A model generated the notes under the pieces. It was not told where the DNA came from. It saw only the letters and a program-made list of their open reading frames with translations, and searched no databases. A stretch of 55,016 nt of DNA, the filler included, from Squatina squatina (taxonomy: Eukaryota), in NCBI GenBank assembly GCA_031763465.1. It is 3 parts of 3 records of this genome, joined end to end, with 100 filler letters (N's around TTAATTAATTAA, not from the genome) between each part and the next. Parts side by side here need not be neighbours in the genome. Positions count along the whole stretch, not along the records: positions 28,088 to 42,698 come from JARFOE010000001.1; positions 42,799 to 55,016 come from JARFOE011111216.1; 1 more part is not named here. The stretch is one strand, 5' to 3'. Both the position numbers and the translations under genes were made by a program. This document shows, one piece after another, positions 36,037 through 47,863 of the stretch. Every line of letters begins with the position of its first letter. The stretch's first letter is position 1.

Positions 36037-36716
36037 CTGAAGAGAAACTCAGGGTGGTATTTTAACAATACCTACTAAAAATTTAATTAAGACATTGTTC
36101 TTTTGAAGCCAGTTCTTTTGCGAATTAAAAGACAGAAAAAGGGAAAAACTACAAATGCTGGAAATCTTAAAGAAAATATAGGAAATTCAGATTTACACCA
36201 GCATCTGTGAAGAGAGAGTAACATTTCAGCTCCAGTCCTTCCATCACANNNNNNNNNNNNNNNNNNNNNNNNNNNNNNNNNNNNNNNNNNNNNNNNNNNN
36301 NNNNNNNNNNNNNNNNNNNNNNNNNNNNNNNNNNNNNNNNNNNNNNNNGTTAACTTAGCTTCTCCTTTTACAGATTCTGATTGCTATGTTCACAGTACTT
36401 TTTGAACTCAGATTTTAATCAAAATTCATACTTGTCCTTACATATTACATATATAAATATTGATTTGGTAGCCTGGTTACTTGGTTAAAAACTGCGCTAA
36501 AGATGTGTTACTTATATTTCTGTTTACATTCCTTGTATATGCCCCAGCTATGATATGGACAAACAATCTATTCTACCATTGGTATTTATTGTACAATAAA
36601 ATATCAAATTACTAATCAAATGGATAAAAGGCAGACTGGGAAGTCTGGCTTTAGTAAAATAAAATCTTTCAACTGATTGAACAGCAACATTGAAACAATT
36701 ACTCATTTGCACTTAC

Positions 36717-36808
36717 CATAAATCTGACGTAATGGAATGGAATTAAATGAGTCAATAAAAGGTGCCTTCTTCTCTATTCGAGTTTTTCTGTACCACCATT
36801 TAAAATAC
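36717..36808 (-). CDS. GBA2: Non-lysosomal glucosylceramidase (GH116) exon, 92 nt (human exon 2 equivalent)
   Basis: ggacag|G TAT...TAT G|gtaagt; [32 protein letters not shown]; phase joins next exon. Confidence 0.93.
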
Positions 36809-39399
36809 CTGTCCAAAAACAGAATTACAGTACATATTTACCAACAAGCTGAAATGGTAAGCCATGAATTATTTACAAAATTTTACTTACACCACTGCAT
36901 TAACCCTCATCTGAACACAATCATGATTGAGTATACTTGATCAACACCTGCCCTCCTCTTGATATGGAAAAACTGGTCAACGGTTGACCTAATCATTACT
37001 ATCTTTGGCTTAAAAGTCTTCAACAGCAATGCAGTAAGTAGCTGAGCCATATAAACCAGGAAAGTCTTAGGTTTGATCCCAGTCTGTACTTATCTAGACT
37101 ACAGCTGGCACAACAGTATGACTTCAGTACAATGACTTCAGTAGGAGGAGAAATTGGCCAGGTTTCCCGACTCCTGATCACTCACTTTTCAGTTAATTGT
37201 GCCGAGTGTTTGCAAAGGTGATTGTTATGCAAGGAGAGCACTGGATTTGGGTTTCAGGTCTCCAGAGTCAGATGGCCCAACACTCACCACCTAGGCAGAC
37301 TATTTAAAGAAGGATCCCTTAGGTGAGGTACCACAGGTGATTGGTAACCATGGAACTGGAACCCAGNNNNNNNNNNNNNNNNNNNNNNNNNNNNNNNNNN
37401 NNNNNNNNNNNNNNNNNNNNNNNNNNNNNNNNNNNNNNNNNNNNNNNNNNNNNNNNNNNNNNNNNNCACCCAATAAAGAGCCAAAAATTTACTGGGAGGT
37501 GTTTGCCAGATACACCTAGAAAATAAACATTACACTGTCAACATTTTTATTTACTTACCCAGGTTTTCATGTACTCATGTTCCCTCCGCACCCGACCCCC
37601 GAACTCCACCCACCTACCCCCAACTCTGAGTAAAGCAATGTTGGGTCTGCCTACAGCTGAAGCTACAAAAGCCATGTAACTACTGGCTTTCACTTGCCAT
37701 GGGCTTAAAATTCAGGCTGTCCTTGAGTTGCTAGCTAATTTGGAGCTGTGTCATCCTTTACAAAGCTACTGGTCAGCTTTTGCTAGTTTTCTAGGTTAAC
37801 GTGTGCAGGAAACCTTAACCCATTTGTGTAACATTTTAAGTGCAAATAAAACATTTTATATGAACACATTAAGAAGTTGCGAGCTAACATCATCAACTGT
37901 AGTCTCTAAACTTAAGGCTTTAACTGTGAATTTTCAAAATTTTGCTGCAAAAATCTACTAATGGCCTGAATCAAAATAACCACTGCCTGTTGGTTGAAAG
38001 CAATGGATACATTGTTCAAAGGGAATATTGAAATAAACTGCCAACATAGTGTACTGGAGCTGCTGTATATAGCAGCAATGGGAGTTCCACTCTTTCAAGT
38101 AGGGCTTACATGGTGATTTTATTTTGATTACAACAGTCAGTAAAGCAGTGTGAAGCAAACAAGGAACCTGCTTTTGGAATTAGTTCTGCCAGTAGGAAGC
38201 CAGAAAATCCAAACACTGCAAAATAAACAAGGGATTTGCAAGCACTTCACAGGAAGCAGTAGACCCTTTTTCAGAATATTTTTAAATAACCAATGAATCT
38301 ACTACAACACACTGGTTGAACCTTTCTAGAAAGTTGTTTTCTAGTGTTGCTGTTTTATGGACAGGAAAGAGTTATAAAGCTGGTTATGGTGAGATAATGC
38401 GCACACATTTGGCATTTGTATTTTTCTGAAGTTGCCTCAGTAGGTGTGAGAACCAACTCCCCAAGGAGCTGTGAAGTCATTGATAACTGCTTCATGCAAA
38501 TAACTTTGCACCTTCTATGCTGCNNNNNNNNNNNNNNNNNNNNNNNNNNNNNNNNNNNNNNNNNNNNNNNNNNNNNNNNNNNNNNNNNNNNNNNNNNNNN
38601 NNNNNNNNNNNNNNNNNNNNNNNGGTACCCCACTAGTCACTGCCTGCCATTCTGAAAAGGACCCGTTTATTCCTACTCTTTGCTTCCTGTCTACCAACCA
38701 GTTCTCTATCCACGTCAATACATTACCCCCAATACCATGTGCTTTAATTTTGCACACAATTTCCTAGCTTTTCCTCAGTTTAAAGTGCAATGATATACAA
38801 TATGCAACAAAAAGACCCTCTAAGATGACCACTCCCTATCTTAACATTAGCTGACATGACTTAACTCTAAATTGTTTGAAGCCTTTCAGGTGAATTAGAA
38901 ATTCCATGAATAAATAAAAGAAGTCTCTGGAAAGCTTAAGTGTGAGCTGTATTAAAGCTTTACTTGGGAAATCCTTGAGAAATCCCTTGGTTCGCTGCTA
39001 TTGTTTTTCTCTCTCTGACTTTTTAATCGTTTGCACACACTTGAGATGGGATCAACCTTGTCCTTTGAAAAGCCTCACTTTCACTGTTACGCTTGAGTAC
39101 CTCAGAAGAAATTCACAACCAGCAGTGACTGGTCTTGTTCTAATTATTAGTAACAGCAGGAAATTCGCCTTTCAATCGTGTTTGAGATACAAAGTGCTTC
39201 TTTAAGTAAGGCAACACACAACACGTTATCCTCATCCTACTTAAAAAGGGACTTCTGTTCTTTAAAGAAAACATAAGACGATTCACAGCTTCTGATAAAA
39301 GGCTTAAAGAATCGAAGAATTTGTAGGGGGGTTTTGTTTGTAATATTATCCTGATTTTCTGAACAAACCAATTAAACAAATCTCCCTTGGGCAATTAGA

Positions 39400-39850
39400 A
39401 TGTCTGCACCCACCTTCTTCATCTCTTTCTAAACACATTGGCCTAGATATTGGTTTGCGCAGGCCTGCGAGCTGAAAGAATGATCTCTACAGGTAGGTCC
39501 GAGGCACACCCAATATTNNNNNNNNNNNNNNNNNNNNNNNNNNNNNNNNNNNNNNNNNNNNNNNNNNNNNNNNNNNNNNNNNNNNNNNNNNNNNNNNNNN
39601 NNNNNNNNNNNNNNNNNGGCTCCGCTTTAAGGCATTTTAAACAATTCAACAAACAGGCGGAAGACCGAAAATCTCGAAGCGGTGAAGCGATCGTACCGTT
39701 CATCGGATTAACGGACAGTAAGTAACAGCAGTCGGACAGGCAAGAGGTCATCAACAAGATTTAAATATTTGTACTGTACATAGCATTTTGAGATTGGTCG
39801 TCAGCTACCAATATGCATAATTATTAAATAACGGCAACCGATCACTTATT
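39400..39850. promoter_or_regulatory. Probable GBA2/RGP1 bidirectional promoter with candidate first exons
   Basis: Locally CpG-rich, between divergent GBA2 (-) and RGP1 (+); ATTGG/CCAAT boxes at 39437, 39449, 39510, 39793, 39808; NRF1-like TGCGCAGGCC at 39456; ETS-like GGCGGAAG at 39656; outward-facing donors (minus AAG|gtgggt about 39413, plus gtaagt 39718); interrupted by a gap. Confidence 0.5.
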
Positions 39851-40384
39851 ATCTGCTATAAAATGAATTATTATGAATAGGAAAAAAAGCTTGGAGACAA
39901 TGCTGCAATATTTGGACAGAAGTCGTAAACTTGACCCGAGTTCAGCTTCAATTACTCCCTTCTTCCCCATATCAATCAAATCTTCAATCATCTCTCCTTA
40001 GCTTTTTAATCCTTATCCAAACAAATCTGTCTTGACTAGGTAAACATACCACACTCGCTTGGTTTTATTATCATCCACACAGCGACTGCCTGCTGGGTGG
40101 GGAAATCCTCGGAGGAAAAAGCATGGTTTCGGAATCATAACTGGTGCCTACCCTTTCAATTTCTAAATAGAAATTTACAAAAAAGGAACATATTTTAATC
40201 GTCCAGGACAGAATAAAGCTGAATGTATGGATTCAGCCTATTGGGAGCATTAAGATCTTGTTTGAATTTGACTTTCAAATATTAGGATGTGCAAGGCGAC
40301 TGAAGTTAATTGGACCTGCTTCTTGAAAACTCGCTGCATCTGGAGTGTCCATGCTTTTTGTCATTCAGTGTACCATAACGCACC

Positions 40385-40548
40385 GACCTCTACCTTGCGG
40401 AGGCCGAATGCCAACTCTCTGGCACCTCCTCCTATTCCCCCCTGGACCATGACCCCACAGCCAAGCATTAAGCCATCATCTCCCAGACCATCACTGACCT
40501 AATCTCCTCGGGAGATCTTCCCTCCACGGCCGCCAATCTCATGCTTCC
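40385..40548 (+). mobile_element. Penelope-like retroelement RT N-terminal fragment
   Basis: SSYSPLDHDPT...IISQTITDLISSGDLPSTAANL; related terminal-repeat pieces at 5420-5475(+), 5795-5921(-), 36140-36248(-). Confidence 0.6.
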
Positions 40549-40648
40549 NNNNNNNNNNNNNNNNNNNNNNNNNNNNNNNNNNNNNNNNNNNNNNNNNNNN
40601 NNNNNNNNNNNNNNNNNNNNNNNNNNNNNNNNNNNNNNNNNNNNNNNN

Positions 40649-41150
40649 GGTCTTTCAGGGAGCACTAGCTTTGGATGCCCTTCTGTTCCCCCTCGAGGGA
40701 ATGTGTCTAGTCTATACCTGAACTATCTCCTCTTTGCAGGCCTCCCATTGCTCATTTACTATTTTACCTGCCAATCTTTGATTCCAATCCACCTGGGCCA
40801 GATCCCTTTTTAACTCATTGAAATTAGCCCTCCTCCTATTGAGTTTCTTCACATTTGTTTTTTGCCTTGTCCTTTTCCATACCTNNNNNNNNNNCAAACT
40901 CTCCCAATGAAGCATGCTCCATTGTCCCACTTCATTCCCCAGAACAAGATCCTTCACTGTTCTTCATTGGGCTGGAAACATAGTGATCAAGAAGTCCTCT
41001 TGTACACATTTCAGGAATTCCGGCCCCTCATTGCCCTTTACACTGTTATTTTCCTGGTACATATTAGGATAGTTAAAGTCCCCCATTGTCACTACTCTAG
41101 TTCTTGCATCTTTCTGCAATTTGTCTGCAAATTTGCTCCTCTGTCTCCGT
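40649..41150 (-). mobile_element. CR1 endonuclease-region fragment
   Basis: DLVLGNEVGQ...LNRRRANFNELKRDLAQVDWNQRL...EQWEACKEEI. Confidence 0.8.
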
Positions 41151-42549
41151 TCTCAGGAAATTGGGAATATTTGCACTGATTTAGTATGAATGGCATTCCA
41201 TAAGTGGCTATATTTTATAATTGTATGCATATTATTTTGCAGGTTTAGCATGATAACATGGTGAGACAGGTCAATTTATGAAGCATTTTTTTTGTTATGC
41301 TGCTTCTGCTATACTACAAAAGTAATCCCAGTCCATCCCCTACAAGTGCTCTCGGATCTGAGAACGCTACCCCCTTGAGACCTCCCCAGAATGCTTGCCA
41401 ACCACCTACTTCCCCATAAGAGCTCATAGGCTCCAGCACCTCATCTCCAGTTGCCCCAGGTACTCTTCCTCCTCCTGCCCCACTTGATTGATTGAATTAA
41501 TCTCCAGCCTGAGATCTGAGATGCCCTAAAACAATCCCACCCTGTCCCAGTTGCTCTTGCATCCAGGCCTCTTCTCCACACACAACCCCTGCTTATGCAC
41601 TCATTCTGCCCAAGTACTCACGAACACCCAACCCCAACTGCCACCGAGACCCAGGATACTGACTTGTTTGTTTACCTCAGAATTTTAATGTTACTTTCCT
41701 TTTAAATCTTACTTCTGTAACTATGCTATGCATATCCAAAGGCCTGTAATTGGAAAATTCCTAATGTGCACATGGAGTCTTGTATAGCCATTATTTTAAA
41801 TGCAGGATCTAACCCAGTTATTTATTTCAAACAAAACAGAAAATGCTTNNNNNNNNNNNNNNNNNNNNNNNNNNNNNNNNNNNNNNNNNNNNNNNNNNNN
41901 NNNNNNNNNNNNNNNNNNNNNNNNNNNNNNNNNNNNNNNNNNNNNNNNGCTCATGAAGAAGGCCACTTGGGCAAGGTACTTGTGGACTGTCACTGCCCGT
42001 GGGACAGTGCCTCATATAAGATCTGCACTCCCAGGATAGTTACACAGTTTTCTAGCTGGAGAGATGCTGCTGGTTTAGAGAATGAAGCTGATGCTTCTCA
42101 TGAATGGACAGAAGTTAATCCAAATATATCATCAACCTCCACAGCATTATAGAATACTTTGCATGTAAATGCCAGACAAAGCTGAACTGTCAGATGGATT
42201 CAGGAGAGCAATTTCTGTGCAGATATGTCTTTCAATATTTTCTTTTATAGCACTTATACTGGGTGATGCAGTGGGGTTTTTTTTGTCCTTACTAATACCA
42301 CCTTCTATCATTCAACACGAAATAGTAATTGTTTCCAGTTAAATAATAGATGTGACTACAGGGTTTAATTTCCACAAATGCAAAACTCTGGTTTTTAAAG
42401 TATTACTTTCTATAGCCGTGGCTTGATAAATAAACTTTTGTTACGGTTTTTCAATTTGGAATGCAGTAACTATGGGAATTATAATTTAAACAATCATTTA
42501 TGATTATTTTGTAATCTCTTATTTGAGCTCAGTCTGTTCTTATTTGCAG

Positions 42550-42698
42550 TTCTCAGTGTCATTACAAACTGAAGAGCACGTGCAAGAGGAGTACCAGAGA
42601 AAACCAGGACAACCTGTTTCACTTAGTACACATGCAAGGCACCAGGAGTCATGTTTGCACACTGCTAAGACTCACTTCAGTTTACCTATTCCACTTAG
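42550..42698 (+). CDS. RGP1: RGP1 (RAB6A-GEF complex partner) internal exon, truncated by scaffold end
   Basis: atttgcag|TTC; [49 protein letters not shown] matches the vertebrate RGP1 pattern FSVSLQTEE...[20 protein letters not shown]; RGP1 is the known GBA2 neighbour. Confidence 0.88.
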
Positions 42699-42798
42699 NN
42701 NNNNNNNNNNNNNNNNNNNNNNNNNNNNNNNNNNNNNNNNNNTTAATTAATTAANNNNNNNNNNNNNNNNNNNNNNNNNNNNNNNNNNNNNNNNNNNN
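42699..42798. other. Synthetic scaffold-concatenation linker (N44-TTAATTAATTAA-N44)
   Basis: TTAATTAATTAA at 42743-42754 flanked by 44 N on each side. Confidence 0.95.
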
Positions 42799-42925
42799 AA
42801 TCCGTTGAGACACGCGCTGGATTGTGGAATCTACGTGTGGCTCCCCTGTTACAGGAAATAAAGCATTACCTTTACTTTCAAGTGACCTGTCTGGAGTCTA
42901 TCATTTTTAAAGACCCCAAACACAG

Positions 42926-43230
42926 AGGAAATCTTGGAGCCGGCGATCTACATTGACCCAACTTCTGCTGCAGTTTCCATCAGAGACCGCGTTGCCATTC
43001 CCTGCAAAGGTGACATTCGCTCCCGAGGGGGGATATTTCACTTGTTCAAAGATGGCAAACAAATTCTTGTTCAGAATCGTAATTTGACTGGCGATGAGAG
43101 GAAGCTGACCTTCAACATAAATATCCGAGGTGAAGAATCTGTGGGAATTACAGCTGTCGATATGAAACAGAGGTTGCAGTGAATTGGAGGCAGTCACCAT
43201 TCAGTAAAGATGTCACGATGACTGAGAGAG
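42926..43230 (+). pseudogene. Ig C2-type domain exon of an LRC-like (LILR/KIR/A1BG-type) receptor, with a 1-nt deletion frameshift
   Basis: cacag|AG GAA...AGA G|gtagag, phase 1-1, 305 nt; EEILEPAIYIDPTSAAVSIRDRVAIPCKGDIRSRGGIFHLFKDGKQ...LTFNINIRGEESVG / (frameshift about 43145) NYSCRYETEVAVNWRQSPFSKDVTMTER; shows the C-x-F-x-L-x-K-x-G, G-x-Y-x-C-x-Y and S-x-x-S-x-x-V patterns. Confidence 0.82.
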
Positions 43231-43734
43231 GTAGAGACCAACAAATATCATTTTGTGTTCAAATGTTCTTGTATATCAATATCTGATTGCTTTGCTCATA
43301 TATATTTAAGATACATGTCCAAATCCATTTAAAATCGCTCCGAAATGTTTATATTACCCAAAAGCATTTAACTGGTTGCCTGTTACTGACCTGCTGTCTT
43401 AACTTTTGCATTGGTGCTGCATGGCCGACAGAGGCTAAAACCGCCACCTTTTAAACCCAAACACTGGCCGGGAAATCAGAGCTGGGAAGTTATTTATCTC
43501 TGCTTCTTTACATGCATGGAAATGCCAGGAAAATGCTGAGGTCTTGTTCAATTCACATTCAGCAGCGTGCACCAGCGGTATGCTCACTGCATACCTTCAA
43601 TGTTGCTTTATGGGATATGGCTCTCTGCATAAGTATAATATTGTGTTAACTCACACAACAAATCCCACTCAACCTTCCCGCCTGCGCTTGGTGACTGACT
43701 TGGGCCCATGGTTAACCAAAGCATCCATTTCAAA

Positions 43735-44341
43735 ATGCACATTATTGCTTTCAAATCACATCCATGGGCCGCACCCCTTCTCTTGCAATGTAAACTCCTC
43801 CAGTCCCTACAATTTTAAACCTCCTGATTAAATCCCTCCATGGCCTTCGCCCCCGATAATTTTTTTAACCTCTGCCAGCACCTACAATTCTCATCCTCCT
43901 GTTCAAATCCCTCCATGGCCCCATGCCGACTCTCTATCGCTGTGAGCTCCACCAGCGACTACAATTCTCACACTCCTGTTCAAATCCCTCCATAGCCCCT
44001 CGCCCCCTCCCTATCTCTCAAAAATCCTCCAGCCCAGTAACCAACCGAGATCTCTTCACTCCTGCAATTCTGGCCTCTTGAACATCCTCCAATTTCCATC
44101 GCTCCACCATTGGGACAGATCTTCAGCTGTCTGGGACCTGAGCTCGGAAACTCCCTCCCTGAACCTCTCCGTTCACTCTCCTCCATAAAACCGATTAATT
44201 TCACCAAGATTTTGGTCACCTGTCCTAATGTCTCCTGTTGTGGCTCGGTGTCGAATGTTGCATATCCTGATTCTCCTGTGAAGCGCCTTGGAACTTTCCA
44301 CAATGTTAAAATTGCTATATAAATAGAAGTTGTTGTTGTTG
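43735..44341 (+). mobile_element. L2 LINE 3' end with about four tandem copies of a 76-bp internal segment
   Basis: aaatccctccatggcc-like motif at about 43752, 43830, 43904 and 43981, followed by a normal L2 tail ending (gtt)n. Confidence 0.8.
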
Positions 44342-44806
44342 AAGGTGAAACCAGCAAGTGAATTGTGCCTAATGAACCAAACTGCAGCTTAGAAATTTCG
44401 AACAGACATTGGTAGGAAAACTGTGCACATACTCCAGGTGTGGTCTCAGCAAGGCTGTTTTGAATTGCAGTAATACGTCTTTACTCCTGCACTCAAATGC
44501 ACTGTTACTAAAATCCAAAATAACATTTTCCATACTAATTGCTGGCTGCAGCAACATGTTCGCTTTCAATCTTTCGTGTACAAGGAGACCCAGGTCACTC
44601 TGAACAACAACATTTCCCAATCTCTCACCATTAACAAAGAACACACTGAATTTCTGGAACAAGGTAACTGAATGTCGAGAGCGATGACAAACAGGCGAGC
44701 AGTGTGATATTGCCAATTTCGTTCCAATTTCCCACCCATGTTCAGTTTCATCCCCGTAGAATCATATTCAAATCAACGGAAGTTATTTCCTGGCACAGTT
44801 TATAAG

Positions 44807-44863
44807 GTGCAACTGATGCAAAGACGTCAGTCAGCCCAAAAGGAGCATCCAGTGTCATTAAAT
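44807..44863 (+). CDS. Candidate Ser/Thr/Pro-rich stalk exon of the Ig receptor
   Basis: ttataag|GT GCA...AAA T|gtattg, 57 nt, phase 1-1; GATDAKTSVSPKGASSVIK; lies 88 nt upstream of the TM exon. Confidence 0.45.
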
Positions 44864-44951
44864 GTATTGTGCTTTCTGTGGGACAAATGCTAAGATTTCT
44901 CCATTACAGCTGAACTCTTAGAAATGTCCCGTCTTTTTCTCACCCGTATAG

Positions 44952-45053
44952 AGGCAGACAACAGATTCTTGCTGAGCGTTGGCCTGGGGTGTGCAGCTGG
45001 GATCACCGTTTTACTGTGTCTGGCGCTAACCTGGTTCCAGATCGCAAAGAGAA
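44952..45053 (+). CDS. Transmembrane exon of the Ig receptor, 102 nt
   Basis: Polypyrimidine tract then gtatag|AG GCA...AGA A|gtaagt; EADNRFLLSVGLGCAAGITVLLCLALTWFQIAKR is an uncharged hydrophobic helix followed by basic stop-transfer residues. Confidence 0.82.
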
Positions 45054-45459
45054 GTAAGTGACCATGGGAAAGGCGACACGAATTTTCAGATGAACTGACA
45101 TCTTCGAAAAGCTGGTCGGAATGTGTTACTTCTCCAAAGCAGCATTAAGATTTTGAAAGTTGTGGGCTAAGTAGATGGTGAACGGTGCTGAATATTTGAG
45201 CTGAAATGCATTACTGTCTATTGGAATGTTGGCCCTGGATTTTGCGGGGAAATTTTTTGTGTGCACGTCATTGCAAATCGCCCAGCAAATTCCAGAGTTC
45301 CATAATTGCTGTGCTTGTGCGGAACCTGGAATTTGTGTCCTGTCAATATGTGCCTTGAGAGATTATTCCCATGTGATTCAAAGAGCTCATTACTGGTGCA
45401 AATTTGCGCTATTTGCACAAATATTGCTCAGGGTGTGGCCGCAGAAACCCAGCATAATG

Positions 45460-47660
45460 AAAGCATAGAAATAGGAGCAGCAGTAGGCCACTCAGCCCAT
45501 CGAGCCTGCTCTCCCAGTCAACAGCATCATGGCTGATCTTCTACCTCAATGCCATTTCCCGGCTCTATCTCCATATGCCTTGATTCCTTTAATATCTAGA
45601 AAGCTGTCGATCACTGTCCTGAATTTACTCAATGATTGACCATCCACAGCCCTCTGGGATAGAGAACTCCAAAGATTTACCACCATCTGAGTGAAAAAAA
45701 AATTCTCCTCATAGTTTTCCTAAATGTTCAGCCCGTATTCTGAGACGATGGCCATTGGATGTAATCCCCACATCCAGGGGGGAATCTTCCATCTAGCATC
45801 AAACCTATCGAGCCTTGTAAAAATTGTGCATGTTTTAATGAGATCACCTCACATTCTTCTTAGCTCGAGAGCATATAGGCCTACTCTACTCAATCTCTTC
45901 TCACAGTACAATCCCCCATCCCATACATTAGTCTGGTGAACCTTTGTTGCATTCCCTCCATGGCAAGTTTATCCTTCTTGATGTACAGAGAGCAAAACTG
46001 TGCACAATACTCCAGTTGCGGTCTCATCAGGACTCTATATAATGATAGTACGACATATTTGTTCCTTTACTGAAACCTCCAGTATTAAAGGTCAACATAC
46101 CATTTGATTATTTTCTAATTCCGTGCTGTACCTGCATGTTAACTTTCAATGTTTCATGGACAAGGACACCCAGGTCCCTCTGAACATCAGCATTTCCCAA
46201 GCTCTCACCTTTGAAAAAATACTTGCATTTCTATATTTTCCTCGCAAAGTGGATAACTGCCCATATCTCCACATTATAATCCAGCTGCCAAGTTCTTGCA
46301 CACCCACTTATTAAAACTTTGAACCTACTTTATCTGTAATAAGCATTGAACAGTGGACATTTTGATAGCTTAGGACACATTACGTGTTGCATCTAACACA
46401 GTTTTCTCATGTTTTCCCATTGTTTCCTGCCAGCATCAATGCGAAGGCAAAATATTGAGAGGTTCAGAATATGGGGAGAACAGGAGAACATAAGAAAAAG
46501 GAGCAGGAGTCGGCCTTTCGGCCCCTGGAGCCTGCTCTGCCTTTCAACCAGACCATGGTTTGTCTGACTTTGGGCTCAATTCCACTTCCCTGCCTGTTCC
46601 CCATATTCCTTTACTCTCCTGCTGCTCACAAATCTGTCTATCTCAGCCTTGAATATATTCAATGACCACCCTTGGTCCAGATGTGCTCATGAGGGGAAAC
46701 ATCTTCTCAGCATCTGCACTTTCAAGCCCCCTTCAGAATCTTCTTTGTTTCAATAAGATCACCTCTCCCCCTGTTCTAAACTCCAATGAATATAGCCCCA
46801 TATTTTCAAACTTTCCTGAGATATCAACCTCTCAATCCCAGCAATCAACCGATTGATCCTTCTCTGAACTGTCTCCAATGCAAGATTAACCCTCCTAAAT
46901 AAGGGGAACAAAACTATTCTAGCTGTGCTCTCAGCAGCATCGTGTAAAGTTTTAGCAAGATTTATATTCCATCCCCCTTGAAATAATGGCCAACATAAAA
47001 CTTCCCTTCCCAATTACCTGCCACATCAGCATGTTCAATTTTGTTTTTCATGTGCGATGACACAAAAATCCCTCTGCACCACAGCATTCTGTAGTCTCTC
47101 TTCATTTAAATAATATTTTGTTTTCTTTTCTTCCCGAAAAAGTGGATAAGCTTACATTTCCCCATATTTTACTTCATCTGCTAATTTTTGTCCACTCCCC
47201 TAACCTATCCATATCCCTTTGCAAAATCGGTGTCTGCTCCTCACAACTTGCTTTCCCAACTATCCTTGGATCATTCGCACATTCGGAAACAATTCATACG
47301 TTCACTTCATCCAAGGCATTAATTGAGATTGTTAACAGTTGAGGTTCCAGCAGTGATCTCTGTGACACCCCAGTAGGTATATTCTACCATGCTGAAAATG
47401 ACTCCTTTATCTCGGTTTTCGGTTCATGTGCAAATCCTCTATCCACAGCAATATATTACAACCCTAAAACATGAGCTCTTTTCTTGTGCAGTAATCTTTT
47501 ATGTGGCCCGTTAGCGAAAACGTTTTGGAAATTCTAGTATACTACATCTACTGGTTGTGCTTTATCCAGACTACTTTGTACATCCCCACAGAAATTAAAC
47601 CAATTTGTCAAACACGATTTCCCTTTCAGAAAACTACATTGAATCTGCTTGTTTCTGTGA
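45460..47660 (-). mobile_element. Two decayed CR1 copies (45460-46310, 46485-47660) flanking the 28-nt exon
   Basis: Each begins (on plus) with the inverted CR1 3' terminus catagaaataggagcag / cataagaaaaaggagcaggagtcggcc. Confidence 0.8.
46434..46461 (+). CDS. Cytoplasmic mini-exon 1 of the Ig receptor, 28 nt
   Basis: tgtttcctgccag|CA TCA ATG CGA AGG CAA AAT ATT GAG AG|gttcag; phase 1 to 2, which is needed to link the TM exon to the 53-nt exon; donor is weak. Confidence 0.5.
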
Positions 47661-47810
47661 TGGTTTTCTAAATGTTCAGAGTTTTACAAATTTTCTTGAA
47701 TCACTCATGCTAACTAATATTCATTACATCTTAGGTGGGGGTGTAGAGAGCAAACATTCATTCATTTTGGGCTAATTTTCGGACAAAATTGCATTTTCTT
47801 GACCTTACAG

Positions 47811-47863
47811 GAGTACAACCTCCGCATGTGGAGACACAAATCATGTGGTCGCTGAAAACACTG
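47811..47863 (+). CDS. Cytoplasmic exon 2 of the Ig receptor, 53 nt
   Basis: ccttacag|G AGT...ACT G|gtaagt; STTSACGDTNHVVAENT; phase 2 to 1. Confidence 0.65.

Noticed and set aside
41949-42030. Possible additional RGP1 exon (AAG|gtactt)
   Set aside because: Matches the interspersed repeat at 4105-4200, and its translation is unlike RGP1
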